From assembly GCF_006345805.1 (NCBI RefSeq), contig NC_042998.1:18476001-18540000 (forward strand): DNA of 64,000 nt. Direction: 5' to 3'. Shown here piece by piece: positions 40,621 to 53,744 of this stretch. A program made the position numbers and the translations under genes. The notes under the pieces were generated by a model. It was not told the DNA's origin, made no database searches, and worked only from the letters and a program-made list of their open reading frames with translations. Each line of letters begins with the position of its first letter. Position 1 is the stretch's first letter. The stretch is from Octopus sinensis. Lineage: Eukaryota.

Positions 40621-41185
40621 ACAGGTTCAATATTGATTTTCGATTGCGCAATATCAGTATCTATAACAAAAAGTCAAGTTGCGTGAAAGCATGCCATAGT
40701 TATAGTGACTAAATCTACTCACTACTGCAGGCGCAATATTTTCTTGCGGACATTTTAGACTGATTGATTACCTGCGCATATCAGCTGTTGTATTCCGAGA
40801 CAACCATTTTAGTGGGTAATGAAATTTACTATATATCTCCTGAGTAACGAAACTAAAGACCGGAGGTTAAATTTTCCCTCTGCGTTGACGTAAAATCAGA
40901 AGGTAAATGTTCGCAATTTAATGTTAAAAGGCAATTTTTTTTAATGTTTCGAAGATTCTGTAAATGCACTTCCATTCTAAGAATAATTGTTTCTCTTTTA
41001 GGCTCTGGACCAATAAATTTTACAGGAAGAATTAGTTGATATCATTGAGTATAGTTCTTAGACTGGAACTATTTATGAACCCTGAGAAGATGAAAAGCAA
41101 AGTTACCTTTAGTATGATTTGAAATCAAAATGGAAGCGCTGTAGCTAATTTCTGCAAGTCGATTTTGTCCAACGCACAAGATTGT

Positions 41186-41293
41186 TACGACGACGACGAC
41201 GAAGAAGAAGAAGAAGGAGAAGAAGAATAAGAAGAATAAGAAGAAGAAGAAGAAGACGAAGAAGATGATGATGATGATGATGCTGATGATGAT
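41186..41293. repeat. (GAC)n(GAA)n(GAT)n compound microsatellite
   Basis: Direct. Confidence 0.95.
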
Positions 41294-41471
41294 CGGCGAG
41301 CCGGCAGAATCGTTAGCACGCCAGGCGAAATGCTTAGCGGTATTTCGTCCTTTCGGGGTCGATTAAATAAAGTACCAGCTACACACTGGGATCGATGTAA
41401 TCAACTTAATCTCTTTGTCTATCCTTGTTTGTCCCCTCTATGTTTAGCCCCTTGTGGGCAATAAAGAAATA
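41294..41471 (+). mobile_element. SINE family B with internal deletion
   Basis: Intact head joined at TTTCGTC/CTTTCGGGG (~41349) to the core. Confidence 0.85.
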
Positions 41472-43911
41472 GATAATGGTGATGGTAGTGGTTCTGTTGT
41501 TGGCGGTGGTTGTGGTGGTGTGTTGGTGGCGGTGATGAAGGTGGAGACGATGATGTTGACATATAGCAAGTTGAAGAAGAAAATTGAGAATAGCAAAAAC
41601 ATAGAAAGAATGAACGAAATAAAGATAGAGACAGAATGGTTGAAATATTAACACCATCCAGACCGACTGCACACAAGACCACAATATATGGATATTTCTG
41701 TGCAGACATCTGGTTTGCCATTGGGAATAGAGTGTTATAAATGTGATGTGTTAATATAATATCTTGAACAACTAATAATTACGATCTTTATCCTCAATAA
41801 ATCACTTTACAAAACATACATCTTTGACAATTATTATGAATTCGCTTTGAGCGAGAAGGTTATTGTTAAAATTCACAATTTTCCACAAAAGGTGCGATGC
41901 AAAGTGATGTTTCCATTACCATGCTTTATTTAATTTATTTTTATCTGTTGTCCCAGAATTCTGTCTCAGAGACACGATTGAATATTACTTTATTATACTA
42001 AAGACTTTATTAGTTTATTGGCAAATATATTTCATAAAACACCTTTTATAATAGTATCTTACAACTAAAATCTTATTGGTGAAGTGTTGTATAATCCACA
42101 TTCTCTACTTCAAACAAGACATTGCGCAGGTGGTTTTGCACACTTCTGATTCTTTGAAAAGAATATTTTTTTCTCTAATTCTTCAAATACTTTTTTGATA
42201 ATTGTAACTAGTGGTCTTACACTAAAAATTAATATTTAGAACAGGGGGATGCGCTCTGACAAGCAATTTTTATAAAATATTTTTACAATCAAATTTCTAA
42301 TATGTTCGTGTGATTTCTTGGAAAAACCACAGAATCTTTCGAAATATACTTGATCAAGAATTGAAGATCACTAGAAGATTTCAAGAAACGTAATATATCA
42401 TCGAACGAATCTAAAAGTCGGTACATTACTGACTAAATTGCAAGGAAATTTTATCCGGTATTGTTACCAACTTTTATGAAGCGCCCGGCAATAATGCCGT
42501 AAACTTTCAAACAGAGATATTCCTATTAGCCTTAACAAATACATCAGAGTAGAATAATTAACCGAACTTACACCGTACATGATGCGTAAGAATTACAATG
42601 TAACTTATTTTAGTAAACTAAACGAAGGTGAATAAACGTAGGTCTAAAGGTATAGATAGTTAACAAGAAAAGTTTGTACTCTTTTATTGTTCAAAAGACC
42701 ATCAAATTTAAAATTTCTTTAACATAAAGATCGTAACTGAATAGTTTCAGCTCAACAAAACTGGAAATTCACACAAGAAGATATAGAACATTCTTCTCAA
42801 ATCTGTAAATTTCGAAAATTAAACAAAATTATTGAATTCTTATATTGAGATGTTTACATAAAACTGTTCCTGTTTTGCAAGACGTTTTATCCAAAAGAAC
42901 GATGATATAATAGCCCTGCTCGACATTAACAGTTATTGAGAGGAAAGAATTTGAAAAATATCATACGAAAAATAAAGTTCTCCGTAAAAATAGATTCAAG
43001 AATTATACTCTAAAACCTTGGTACAAGTAATTCCCTGGAAATCTTTTTAGTTTTTAAAATCTACACGTAATTAGATTCTACCTTACCGAAAGTATAGCAG
43101 CAGTTTGTAATATATAACCGCCGATTTGAATGCCCATCAAATATAGGTAGTAAACGCATACCTTCCTTATCTTCACATGAGTTTGCCGAATTAAAATAAG
43201 ACAATCCGCAATTGTAGGTTTACAGATAAAATATATAATGCAAGCTGTATTAATGTACCCAAGCGTAAGGAACAAAGATATATTGTATGGTATAATCCAG
43301 AATTCAGTTTAGCCGTCATTACACATCGCCAGAAACTTCTTAAATTTAATCGCTTTTCATTCCCCGATAAAGCGTAGATAATATAAACTCGTCAATAAAA
43401 TACAATTAATAAAAGCGATTCTTGTAAGTAATTTTCTATTTCTATTAACTATTTTAATTCTAAAACCTTTTTCAGCAAGTCTTTAAACAACACTTTTATT
43501 TAACGGCACTTAACTGCATTTGCTTTTGGAAAATTCTAAATCCTCCTGCTAAATCCCAAATCTGCAACTCTGAGACAATGAGAGCTAGATCGATCTGAAT
43601 AAGAATTAATTCTAAGTCTGCTTGTCTCAACAAAATCATACATTGAAAATGCTTGAAGAAAATTAGCTACGAATATTCCCAACATGTTTGCTTTTAAAAG
43701 TAACAGGATCACTGGTCTGTCATGTTATTCCATATACACCTGGTAGTTTTCTGTTTAATCTGTACAGTAATATTTGTCTGTGCTTCAGAAATTATTTCTA
43801 TTATTTTTAAATAGGTGGGAGTTACAAGAACGCTATATGGTATTATGTTTGAATAGGCTTGGTATTCATACTTCGCAATTATGTCCCCCAACGGCTGATT
43901 AAAACAAACAA

Positions 43912-44073
43912 AGCGCTGGAGTGACTGTATGGTAAGTAGCTTGCATACCAGCCACATAGTTGCGGGTTCGGTCCTACTGTGTGGCACCTTGAACAAGTGT
44001 CTTCTACTATAGCAACGGGTCGACCAAAGCCCTGTTAATAGATTTGGTAGACGGAAACTGAAAGAAGCCCGTC

Positions 44074-44126
<53 letters not shown>

Positions 44127-44452
44127 TGTATATATATAGAGAGCGAGAATTCAAGAAAAAAGAAAAGATGAAGACAGGTGGTGTAGAAAGCAAACAGATG
44201 TATTTGTATAACGTTCGGGAATTGAAAAAAGTATTTAACGTTTCGAGCCTACGCTCTTCCACAGAAAGGATCACAGAAAGAAACAAGGAGAGAAAAATGT
44301 GTGTAGTGGCTACCAATCTAGCATGGCGACAGCTATATATATATGTATTTATATGTATGCATGTGTGTGTTTGTTCCCCCCCACCATCGCTTGACAATAG
44401 ATGCTGTTGTGATTATGTCCCCTTAACTCAGCGGTTCGGCAAAAAGAGACCC
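43912..44452 (+). mobile_element. SINE family A split by an H1 element
   Basis: 5' module at 43912-44075, (TA)n, insertion, then 3' module at ~44365-44452. Confidence 0.85.
44141..44334 (-). mobile_element. Hammerhead-motif element family H1, complete copy
   Basis: Minus strand TTT-CTGTGGA-A-GAGC-GTAG-GCTC-GAAA-CG-T-T-AAA at 44234-44267. Confidence 0.8.
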
Positions 44453-44500
44453 ACTAAATTGAACAGTCAAGAGCAACGAAACTCCATATATTAAAGCTGT

Positions 44501-44600
<100 letters not shown>

Positions 44601-47449
44601 CCAGAGATACGTGTTCACTGAAGACTGTTAATTCTTGTAACTTTTAATACAGAACGGAGATCCAGAATTTCCTGATATTTATAAGTATTCTATTAACGTA
44701 GATATCCACCTTAAATTTCCTAACGCATTCGGTATATGAGTTAAACATCGGCCATAAAAGGGGCTGATTTCATCGATTTTATCCTTCAAATCTGCAGTCT
44801 TCAGTAGTATTTCTGCAAATAATAATAGTGCGTCTGAATTCGCTGCAGCATCGCTTCTCAAATCAAGCAACCATGATGAAGGTTTAAGTTGTGTTGACAT
44901 AAAAATAAAACGAAAATAAATGAATACAAAAATTCAGTTTGATTAAATTAAATTTTCAATTTCAAATTTATTTCATATTTTATATTTTAAAAATTTTACG
45001 TTGAATCGCATTTTCCATTGTTATTTTCTAAATACTTTACACGTTTCTTTTATTCTTGCTTTTCCAAACGTGTATGTCAATTTCAGAGCAGAAGTGTATT
45101 TAGTATTTTTGCGCTTTTAGAGAGAGATTAACTTGAATACTATTGCTGGTATTCTTACCAATAAAAATAGAAATTAAGGAAATATAATCGCAACAAATAA
45201 ATAAAAGCGAAAGAACTACTAAAATCATGATTCATGTTCTTTAAAGTCACAGAGTTTTGCACTTTCCGTCTTTTTATTGATTTGAAGATTATATTCATTT
45301 GTATAATCCGACGCAAATATTCGTGCTATCCAACTGGCGTTTAGCAGTTTTATTTTACATTTGTTATTCACGCTTCCCCAACTAGATAATTCCATGGAAT
45401 CGGTTTTTCTTCACATGTTTGATCGGATTTCTTTAAACATTATACTGGGAACATAATCTTACAGATGTAATAGAAATGTTTCTTCACAAAAATGGATGTA
45501 GTGTAAAATAGATCTGCACACATTTGTAATATGTTCGAAAATTTAATATCATATGAAAATTAAACATTATGCCTTCTAAAAATACTATAAACCGGTTCTT
45601 CAAAACAAAGTCAAATATTTGCTTTGTCTTGTAACTAAACATTGGACTAAACGAAAATATTTACCAGCAAAACATTTTGATGTCATTTAGCAACGGACCG
45701 CCTGAAATCGAGTATATCTATAAGGAAACTTGTTCCTATCGTGAGCATCATTATGCCTAGAAAAGAAACCGTGAACTCTGGACGATAAAACGCAATGTGT
45801 CATTTGAACTACCACGGGGAATTATCATTTCAAGATATTTGATTGTTAATTTTAGTAAGTCAACAGTGCATGCAGGGCCTAGATTTTGTTGCGTGACTGG
45901 GATGGTCATTAGCACAATAATAATAAACACACGCACCAGTGCAAATCACTTCTTTATGATTATTCAAATGATTAAGTATTTAACCAACTGACTCATCGAT
46001 CGCTATGTATGAATCAGAGTGGTGTCCTAATCTTAGTTCTTGCTTTCACTGCATTTGGGCTTTGTATGCCCCACCATTCTTGATTCAACTCAGTGCCTTG
46101 CTGGGGAATGAAATCAGAATCTCTTGGTGATTGCACTGTATTAACTATGATATATGCGTGTGTGTATGGGACAACTGGAAAATCAGTTTTTTAACGTCAT
46201 AATATTAATGAATGATACACCAACCGAGATAACATTTATTCCAGCCACATTCAGAAGTAGCCATCTACTTAGCCTTTACTATAGTATGGAATATTTCTGG
46301 CATGTGTCTTCCCTAAGTGCAACAACATTATTGTGCATATTATTCCCAATACTAAGATATTAATTAATTCTCCTATTTTTTATCCTGAAAAATGTTAAAT
46401 TCTAAAACTCTTCGCGGTAAAACTCAGTACTACATCAGAAGTAATATTTAACCGTCTTTGTAAGTAGAAGTTTCTTTCCGAAACATTCCGAATAGCTGAA
46501 CATATCATGGCAAGCGCTACAACTAAATTTCCGCTTACAGCACATTAGCCACATAGACTAGATTGATATAGAGCATGGCCATATGGCTTCCAGTATATTT
46601 TTGTGGTCTGATTTAGGGCCTGCTTCGATTTTCTCAACACAATCCTCTTTGACTTTAATATCGACAAATAATGAGAGCTTTTCAATCACTTATTTCGCTT
46701 CATTTGTAATACTAGAATGAGCAGGACCGTACTTCACCAGTGTGTGGAAACACTGTCAATAACTATATGGGTATGTACATGTAAGCATGAAACTAAATTA
46801 TATACACGTATTGTGTTATAAACCTACTCCTTTTCCGGACAATTAGCTAAAAGCAAATTAATGAATCATCCAATATATATCACAGATAAGATAACTATCA
46901 TATAGACCAAATGCACTGATATCAATCAAAATGTCAGTATATCTTTGTACTTAATGTAATTTGTACATTATGTGCACTAATATATATAGAGTCGTCAAGT
47001 TTAAAATTAAAAGAACATGTGACATAACCAGGAATTTAGCAAGCATTTGTCCATTGGAAAGTATCTGAAATGGTTTCCAAATATTAAAACAAAGCAATGT
47101 TATGCTTTATCTGATGCCCAGAGTAACGTATACATACATCGACTTCCTTTCCTAAATATAAGAAAAATCCCAAATGACTATTTTTATTATGCACTTGTAC
47201 ATATTAAAAAATATTTTTATAGTAAATTAATCCTATATGGCGTAGTTTACGTATGTGTGTAATTGTTCGGTTTTATTTCAAGATTTCTTGCCAATATGCA
47301 TGTATGTATGGACAAACGTACTTACCTGTGTATGCATTTATTTATGGATATATAGTTCCATGAATGCATGCATGCATGTATGTACGTGTGAACATATATA
47401 CGATAGATAGATACATACATGTATATATACATACATACGTAGGTAGGTA

Positions 47450-47615
<166 letters not shown>

Positions 47616-48459
47616 ATAGAAAGACGATATACACTTATGAAATCGTATAGCGATGAACAATATGAAAGTTGGTCCAGTTAACATACCAGCGACTAAAATG
47701 GCAGTGATACTGATGTTTCATTCTCGCTTAAGCCTATGATAATAGCTCGTACAATATCACTGTAATAAAAAGCCATTATTTACGTAGTTATCATTTTGTA
47801 CTTAACTTACAGTAACAACGTTACGCAAATCATGTCAGTGTCTATTACGTGCCATGGTATTGTAAATACAATAGTAGCAATTAATTGATGAGGAAGAATT
47901 GATATGGTTACCAATAATAATACTCCCTAGCGACTTCCATGAATGACTTGAGAAATTAAAATGAAACTATCCACTCTAATATTACATGAACTGATTTGAC
48001 TGACGTTATGTTTCCATTACGAATATGGGAAATAAATGTCACATCGAATATGAAGGTTTTCAATCAAAAGTAGTTTTTCATTTCAGCTGATATTATCGAA
48101 CTCAATCATCCAAGCTAAAGAAGTATCACCTACATTGAGCTGATACTTGAAAGTGTTTATAAGTATTAGATGTAATTTCTCCTTCGATAAAAATTTAACT
48201 AGCAAAAATAGTGGGGGAATTACAACCATCTTTCGTGGTATGCTACCACAACAGCTCCTTTATAGGATCCAGATAGCTCAAGACATCATCAGGAGGAACC
48301 ACGTCTGGTTTCGGCCCCTACTCCTCTTCCGTTTTGACGTGGGGGCCCCCCTCCCTTTCCGAGGTGTCTTCAGCTCTGGTGTTGGGTGCATGTCTTCTTT
48401 CTTCTTCTTTCTACTGTTCCCTGGCCTCTTCGATGTATCGTCAGCGAGTGTCAGCCGGT

Positions 48460-48494
48460 GACTGACTGTCTTGTCAAATTTTTCCCTTTAAATA
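48460..48494 (-). promoter_or_regulatory. Candidate TATA + Inr core promoter
   Basis: TATTTAAA starts at 48494 and TCAGTC has its A at 48463, a spacing of 31 nt; it lies directly downstream of the 102-bp array. Confidence 0.4.
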
Positions 48495-48517
48495 CCTGCC
48501 GCATAGTCTCCAGCAGG

Positions 48518-48818
48518 CAGCCCCAGCAAGTTGTCACGTGACACTGTCTCACTTTAACTGACTAGTGAAGGCGCGTAGTTTTAGCCCGCGCTTTTTCTAA
48601 ACGACCGTCACCTGTCAGTCAGCCCCAGCAAGTTGTCGCGTGGCACTGTCTCACCTTAACTGACTAGTTAAGGCGCGTAGTTTTACCCGCGATTTTTCTA
48701 AACGACCGTCACCTGTCAGGTAGCCCCAGCAAGTTGTCACGTGGCACTGTCTCACCTTAACTGACTAGTGAAGGCGCGTAGTTTTAGCCCGCGCTTTTTC
48801 TAAACGACCGTCAGTCAG
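48518..48818. repeat. Tandem array, ~3 x 101-102 bp, CpG-rich
   Basis: Units start at 48518, 48620 and 48721 (C/TAGCCCCAGCAAGTTGTC...AAACGACCGTCA). Confidence 0.95.
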
Positions 48819-48914
48819 TTTCAAAAGTCATCTCAGCAATCCAACTGAATGAAAAATATCACGCCGAAGCTTTTTGCTCATATATTTAATGCTTATTATA
48901 TCTGATTGATATTA

Positions 48915-49286
48915 TCTCTCTATATATAAACGGCAGTTTGTCTGTGTGTGTTTCTGTGTGTCTGTTAGGTTGTACCCTCACCCTGACGACGGCTTTCAAC
49001 CGATTCTGATGAAACTTGACACACACATAGCCCAATGTCATAATTCAAAACTAACGCAGCGAAAATTTTGAAAAGTTCCCCCAGTTCTGAAAAAAATCGA
49101 TAAATTCGACATGGGGTCGAGAATCAGAAACGCAAACCACAGACTGTCTAGGGGATGCAACTCGACCTTTTTAACTAAAAAAAAAATTTACCATCATTTT
49201 GTTTCCATTTTTTGGCTATAACTCTCTAAAAATGCTTTATAGTTATTTCCCTTACAAACACGAGCAACGCCGGGCGATACTGCTAG
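48915..49286 (+). mobile_element. Non-autonomous Helitron (372 bp)
   Basis: A|TC...CTAG|T termini, no TSD, subterminal GC hairpin (AGCAACGCCGGGCGATACTGCT), and a (TCTG/TGTG) tract near the 5' end as in Lep1-type Helitrons. Confidence 0.85.
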
Positions 49287-49467
49287 TCAGAGATAAATCG
49301 TATGTTTTACATGCAATTATCAGTCGTAAGTAGTTGTTTTCTGATTGGAACATTAATATCAGCTATTCAAAGTAGTTATATTACTCAATACTTACAGGTT
49401 CTAATTACAGATAAAACAACTTGATCGCGGAGAATTAAACGAGATCATTATTTAGTATATATATATA

Positions 49468-50007
<540 letters not shown>

Positions 50008-50714
50008 ATATCTGTATTATGAGAATATGCTCTGAAGACATTTTGTTTACATCAGACCATGCAGATTCTGTCGTAGCACAAAGACTGCAGCATGTTCAGT
50101 GAGACAAAGTGATACCTGAGGTCACTCATTTTGTGATCTATATTTGACCATAAATGCACAAAATTACATAATGCAGCTCATCATATGGCATACGAGTGAA
50201 TCGATTGTATTTATTCTATGGCGAAGGATTAATATGAAGTAAGAACGTTGCTTCAAACATCATAAAAGACAATCGGCACCTGTGAGGGGTTTTACAAGAG
50301 ATTAACTTTACTCTACAGTAACTGTACAATACTGGCCATCTCACAGAGAACAAAAATATGGCAGAATGTTATCGTATATTTATTGATCTTTATTCATTAT
50401 ATTTTATCTTTACATGTCATGACTTGTCCTGCAGATATACGTTAAACATTTATATGAACAATTTCTCAGTTTAACGTCAGCAAATATGAAGCACATTGTC
50501 TGTGTTTTGTTTTTGTTCTTTGATGCGTTCGTGTTTAGTATTTTTAGAAAGTATGCTTACAAGGTTTGTAGATAGATCAGCTTAATTTGTTTTATTTTTA
50601 GTAACATTAAACTTCATTAAATACATAAAATTGTCTACTAATCTTCTGCATGCCAACTTCTGCTGGTGAAATGCTGCATACTTTAAGACGATAGACAAAA
50701 TAAATGGCTTTGTT

Positions 50715-50746
<32 letters not shown>

Positions 50747-50790
50747 TACACACACAAACATATGTATATATATATATATAATGTATATAT

Positions 50791-50846
50791 AGGGGGAATT
50801 CAGGAAAAAAACAAAAGACGAAGACAGGTGGTGTAGAAAACAAGCA
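50791..50846 (-). mobile_element. H1 element 3' end running into the gap
   Basis: GAATTCAGGAAAAAAACAAAAGACGAAGACAGGTGGTGTAGAAA matches 44146-44192. Confidence 0.7.
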
Positions 50847-50946
50847 NNNNNNNNNNNNNNNNNNNNNNNNNNNNNNNNNNNNNNNNNNNNNNNNNNNNNN
50901 NNNNNNNNNNNNNNNNNNNNNNNNNNNNNNNNNNNNNNNNNNNNNN
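50847..50946. other. Assembly gap (100 N)
   Basis: Direct. Confidence 1.
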
Positions 50947-51539
50947 TTTTGAACAATAAGTAGCTTCTGCTTTTATCACACCTGTTCATCTAGGTACACG
51001 TAGCGTATAAAAATAATCTGTAGATAATCTGCACTTAGCGACTTTATTTTAATGGAATATTAAATATGCAAACAGAGGCAGCTGGTGTGGTGTATGCGGA
51101 CTTGAAATGTGTTTCACTCAAGACTTCGGTGATCATAAATCTAACGTCTTTTTCCATCTATCTGATGACTTAATGCCAAATGTGCAGTCCTGAAGTTATC
51201 AAGACAAACTTTTGTTGCTGTGCACACGCTTTTGTGTGTGTCGGAATGTGCGAAGACAGAGAGAAGGAATGAACCAGAGAGAGATAGAGAGAGAAAGAGA
51301 GAGAGAGAGAGGCAAACAAACAGAGAGGAAGAGACAAACGTGAGAGAGAGAGGGAGAGAGAGTTAGATCAACAGATATACATAAAAGCATAAATACATAT
51401 CTATATGTATATGATAATTATGATAAAACTATATTGTCATTCTAGAAAGATGATCCTGCAATTTCTTGCTGAATATGGGATATATATATGCACCCAGAAC
51501 GTGCCTGAAACCCTTCACGTTTTATAAATAGCCTACTAT

Positions 51540-51750
51540 TTCCTAACTGCAAAAATGACTTACTTAAACCGATCAGATGCAAGTGTTCTACATTAGCTCA
51601 CACTCTCCGTCACATTGACACATGACGGGCGTCGAAGTAATCGAACAGGAAAGTGAGGTGAAGTGTTTTGGTCAAGAACTCAACGCAAGTGCAGAGACCG
51701 TGATCACGCGACGATTGTGAGTGCAGCAATCTAACCACTATGCCATTCAC
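51540..51750 (-). mobile_element. Old tRNA-derived SINE
   Basis: Minus strand TGGCATAGTGG A box and GTTGAGTTCTTGACCAAAACACTTCACC segment. Confidence 0.55.
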
Positions 51751-51877
51751 ACTCCTATATATGCAATGTGTGTGAGAGAGAGAGAGAGAGTGTGTGTGTG
51801 CACGTGTGTATCTATGTATGCGTGTGTTTATATTTCTGTGTATCTATATATGTGTGTCCATGTACATATGCATGTGT

Positions 51878-51920
<43 letters not shown>

Positions 51921-52134
51921 ATACATACATAAACATATGTATATATATAATATATAGATATAAGGATACAAATATATACACATAAATATATGTATATAAA
52001 TATATGCTATGTATACGAAATAAGATTAAGATTAATGTAAAAAATAAATAACACTGAAGCAAAATATCACCAAATATATAGTGCGTGTGCTTTTATTGGC
52101 TAAACTGACAAAATGACCATTCCGAAATATAACA

Positions 52135-52173
<39 letters not shown>

Positions 52174-52212
52174 ATATATAAAATACTAAGCAATACTATA
52201 GCATATATATAT

Positions 52213-52259
<47 letters not shown>

Positions 52260-53193
52260 TAATACTAAGCATACTAATATACATATATATATAACATATA
52301 TTATATATATATACATATATACATACATATCGCGGCTTATCATTTAAGCTTACGTTGCAGTGATTTTTGTAGCGTAAGAGTCGTGATAGTCGAGGGACTA
52401 TTGTAAATAGACGCGTGTAACAAATACGTGAACTAGACATAGAATACAGAACACTCAGAAAACGAAGTCTGTTCAACCGTATCTGTCAAATGTTCGCACG
52501 AATTAGATCAGATGGCCAATCGCTAAATATACATGGAGAAATACAGTGGCCATCTAATTTCCCGACTACACAGTTTGACAGCAACGGTTGAATAATTTTT
52601 AGATATGTTTTCAGTATTTCATATCTTATTATTTGTTATTTATCCGCACGTAGGTGTTTGGTTGCTAAATATAAATTTACCTCGAGATATTATCGACTAA
52701 AGGGACTGTCACAAAATCTTTTTAGTAGTACTCTTCCCTTGTTTTATTATCTTTTTTTTATATACGAAAGCCTAGGAGACAAGAAATAAAATTATACTCC
52801 TACGTCAGGCTTGTATACAATGAAACTAAAGACCAGACATGAAGGTATGTAGATTGGAAAAGCAGCTGGACTTCAACAATGCTGGAGTGCCGTCTGGAGT
52901 GCCGTCTGGAGTGTTTAACGCGAAATAATTGACACTAATACGCATTTTGAAACCTGGTACTTAATCAACCGCTCTTTTTTTTTCTTCTTTGCCCAGCTGC
53001 TGGATTACTGGGATGTAACGAGTTCCTGGTTCTCAATAAGTGAGATAACACAGAAAAAAAACAATGATTGTGTTATGAGTTTCATTATGAAATCCTTGAG
53101 AGAACGTAGCCATTTTTTTTTTTCTGTATCATCTCTTTTTCTTATTACTGCTTTTCAGTCATCTAACACTATGCTCTGAGACATATGAGTATT

Positions 53194-53525
53194 GACATTA
53201 TTTACATTATTTACATTTGACGGCATATGGCTTAGTGGGTAAGAGCGTGGGCTACTAACTCCATGATTCCGAGTTCGATTTCAAGCAGTTAACTGAATAA
53301 TAATAATAATAATAATAATAATGATAATAATAATAACATCGAAAAATGCCTAATTTCATTTCTTGTCTCCTTGACTTTCGTATAATAAAAAAAAATTCCC
53401 AAGACACCTGATGAAGCCGAAATGTTGCGTTACCAACAAACAAGGTGAGGGCAAATATCCGTCAAATGTAAACAAAAAAATATAAATAATGTACATAATT
53501 CCTCATCTCTTAAGTATAGAATTAT
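53194..53525 (+). mobile_element. tRNA-headed element with (AAT)n and H2 hammerhead-motif tail, bounded by an inverted terminal copy
   Basis: A box TGGCTTAGTGG 53228-53238, B box GAGTTCGATTTC 53271-53282, CAC-CTGATGA-AGCC-GAAA-TG-TT-GCG at 53405-53429, and 53194-53223 inverted relative to ~53457-53495. Confidence 0.55.
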
Positions 53526-53654
53526 ACGTGTTTTGAGTTCTACATTGTTATTACTCTCGGAATATCGCAAATACATACATACATATACACAACACACAAC
53601 ACACCCACACACACACACACAACACACATATATATATATATTATATATATATAT

Positions 53655-53670
53655 ATAATATAGATAGATA

Positions 53671-53735
<65 letters not shown>
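53655..53735. repeat. (GATA)n microsatellite
   Basis: Direct. Confidence 0.95.
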
Positions 53736-53737
<2 letters not shown>

Positions 53738-53744
53738 TATTCAT

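Noticed and set aside
42400-43100. Possible LINE RT fossil (PISL.. motif)
   Set aside because: Too decayed, with only one short motif seen.
48335-48380. Minus-strand CTGAAGA-CACCTCG-GAAA motif
   Set aside because: Stem II is 1 bp and there is no helix I partner.
48518-48818. CRISPR-like array
   Set aside because: The units are contiguous near-identical repeats with no unique spacers, and the context is eukaryotic.
50056-50098. Possible 43-nt micro-exon (TTTACATCAG|...|GTGAGA)
   Set aside because: Splice-like signals only, with no recognisable peptide and no partner exons. It cannot be supported without RNA-seq.
52882-52913. 12-bp unit x2.7 (CTGGAGTGCCGT), and a ~14-bp minisatellite at 35442-35489
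   Set aside because: Ordinary local slippage duplications, the first inside a SINE remnant.
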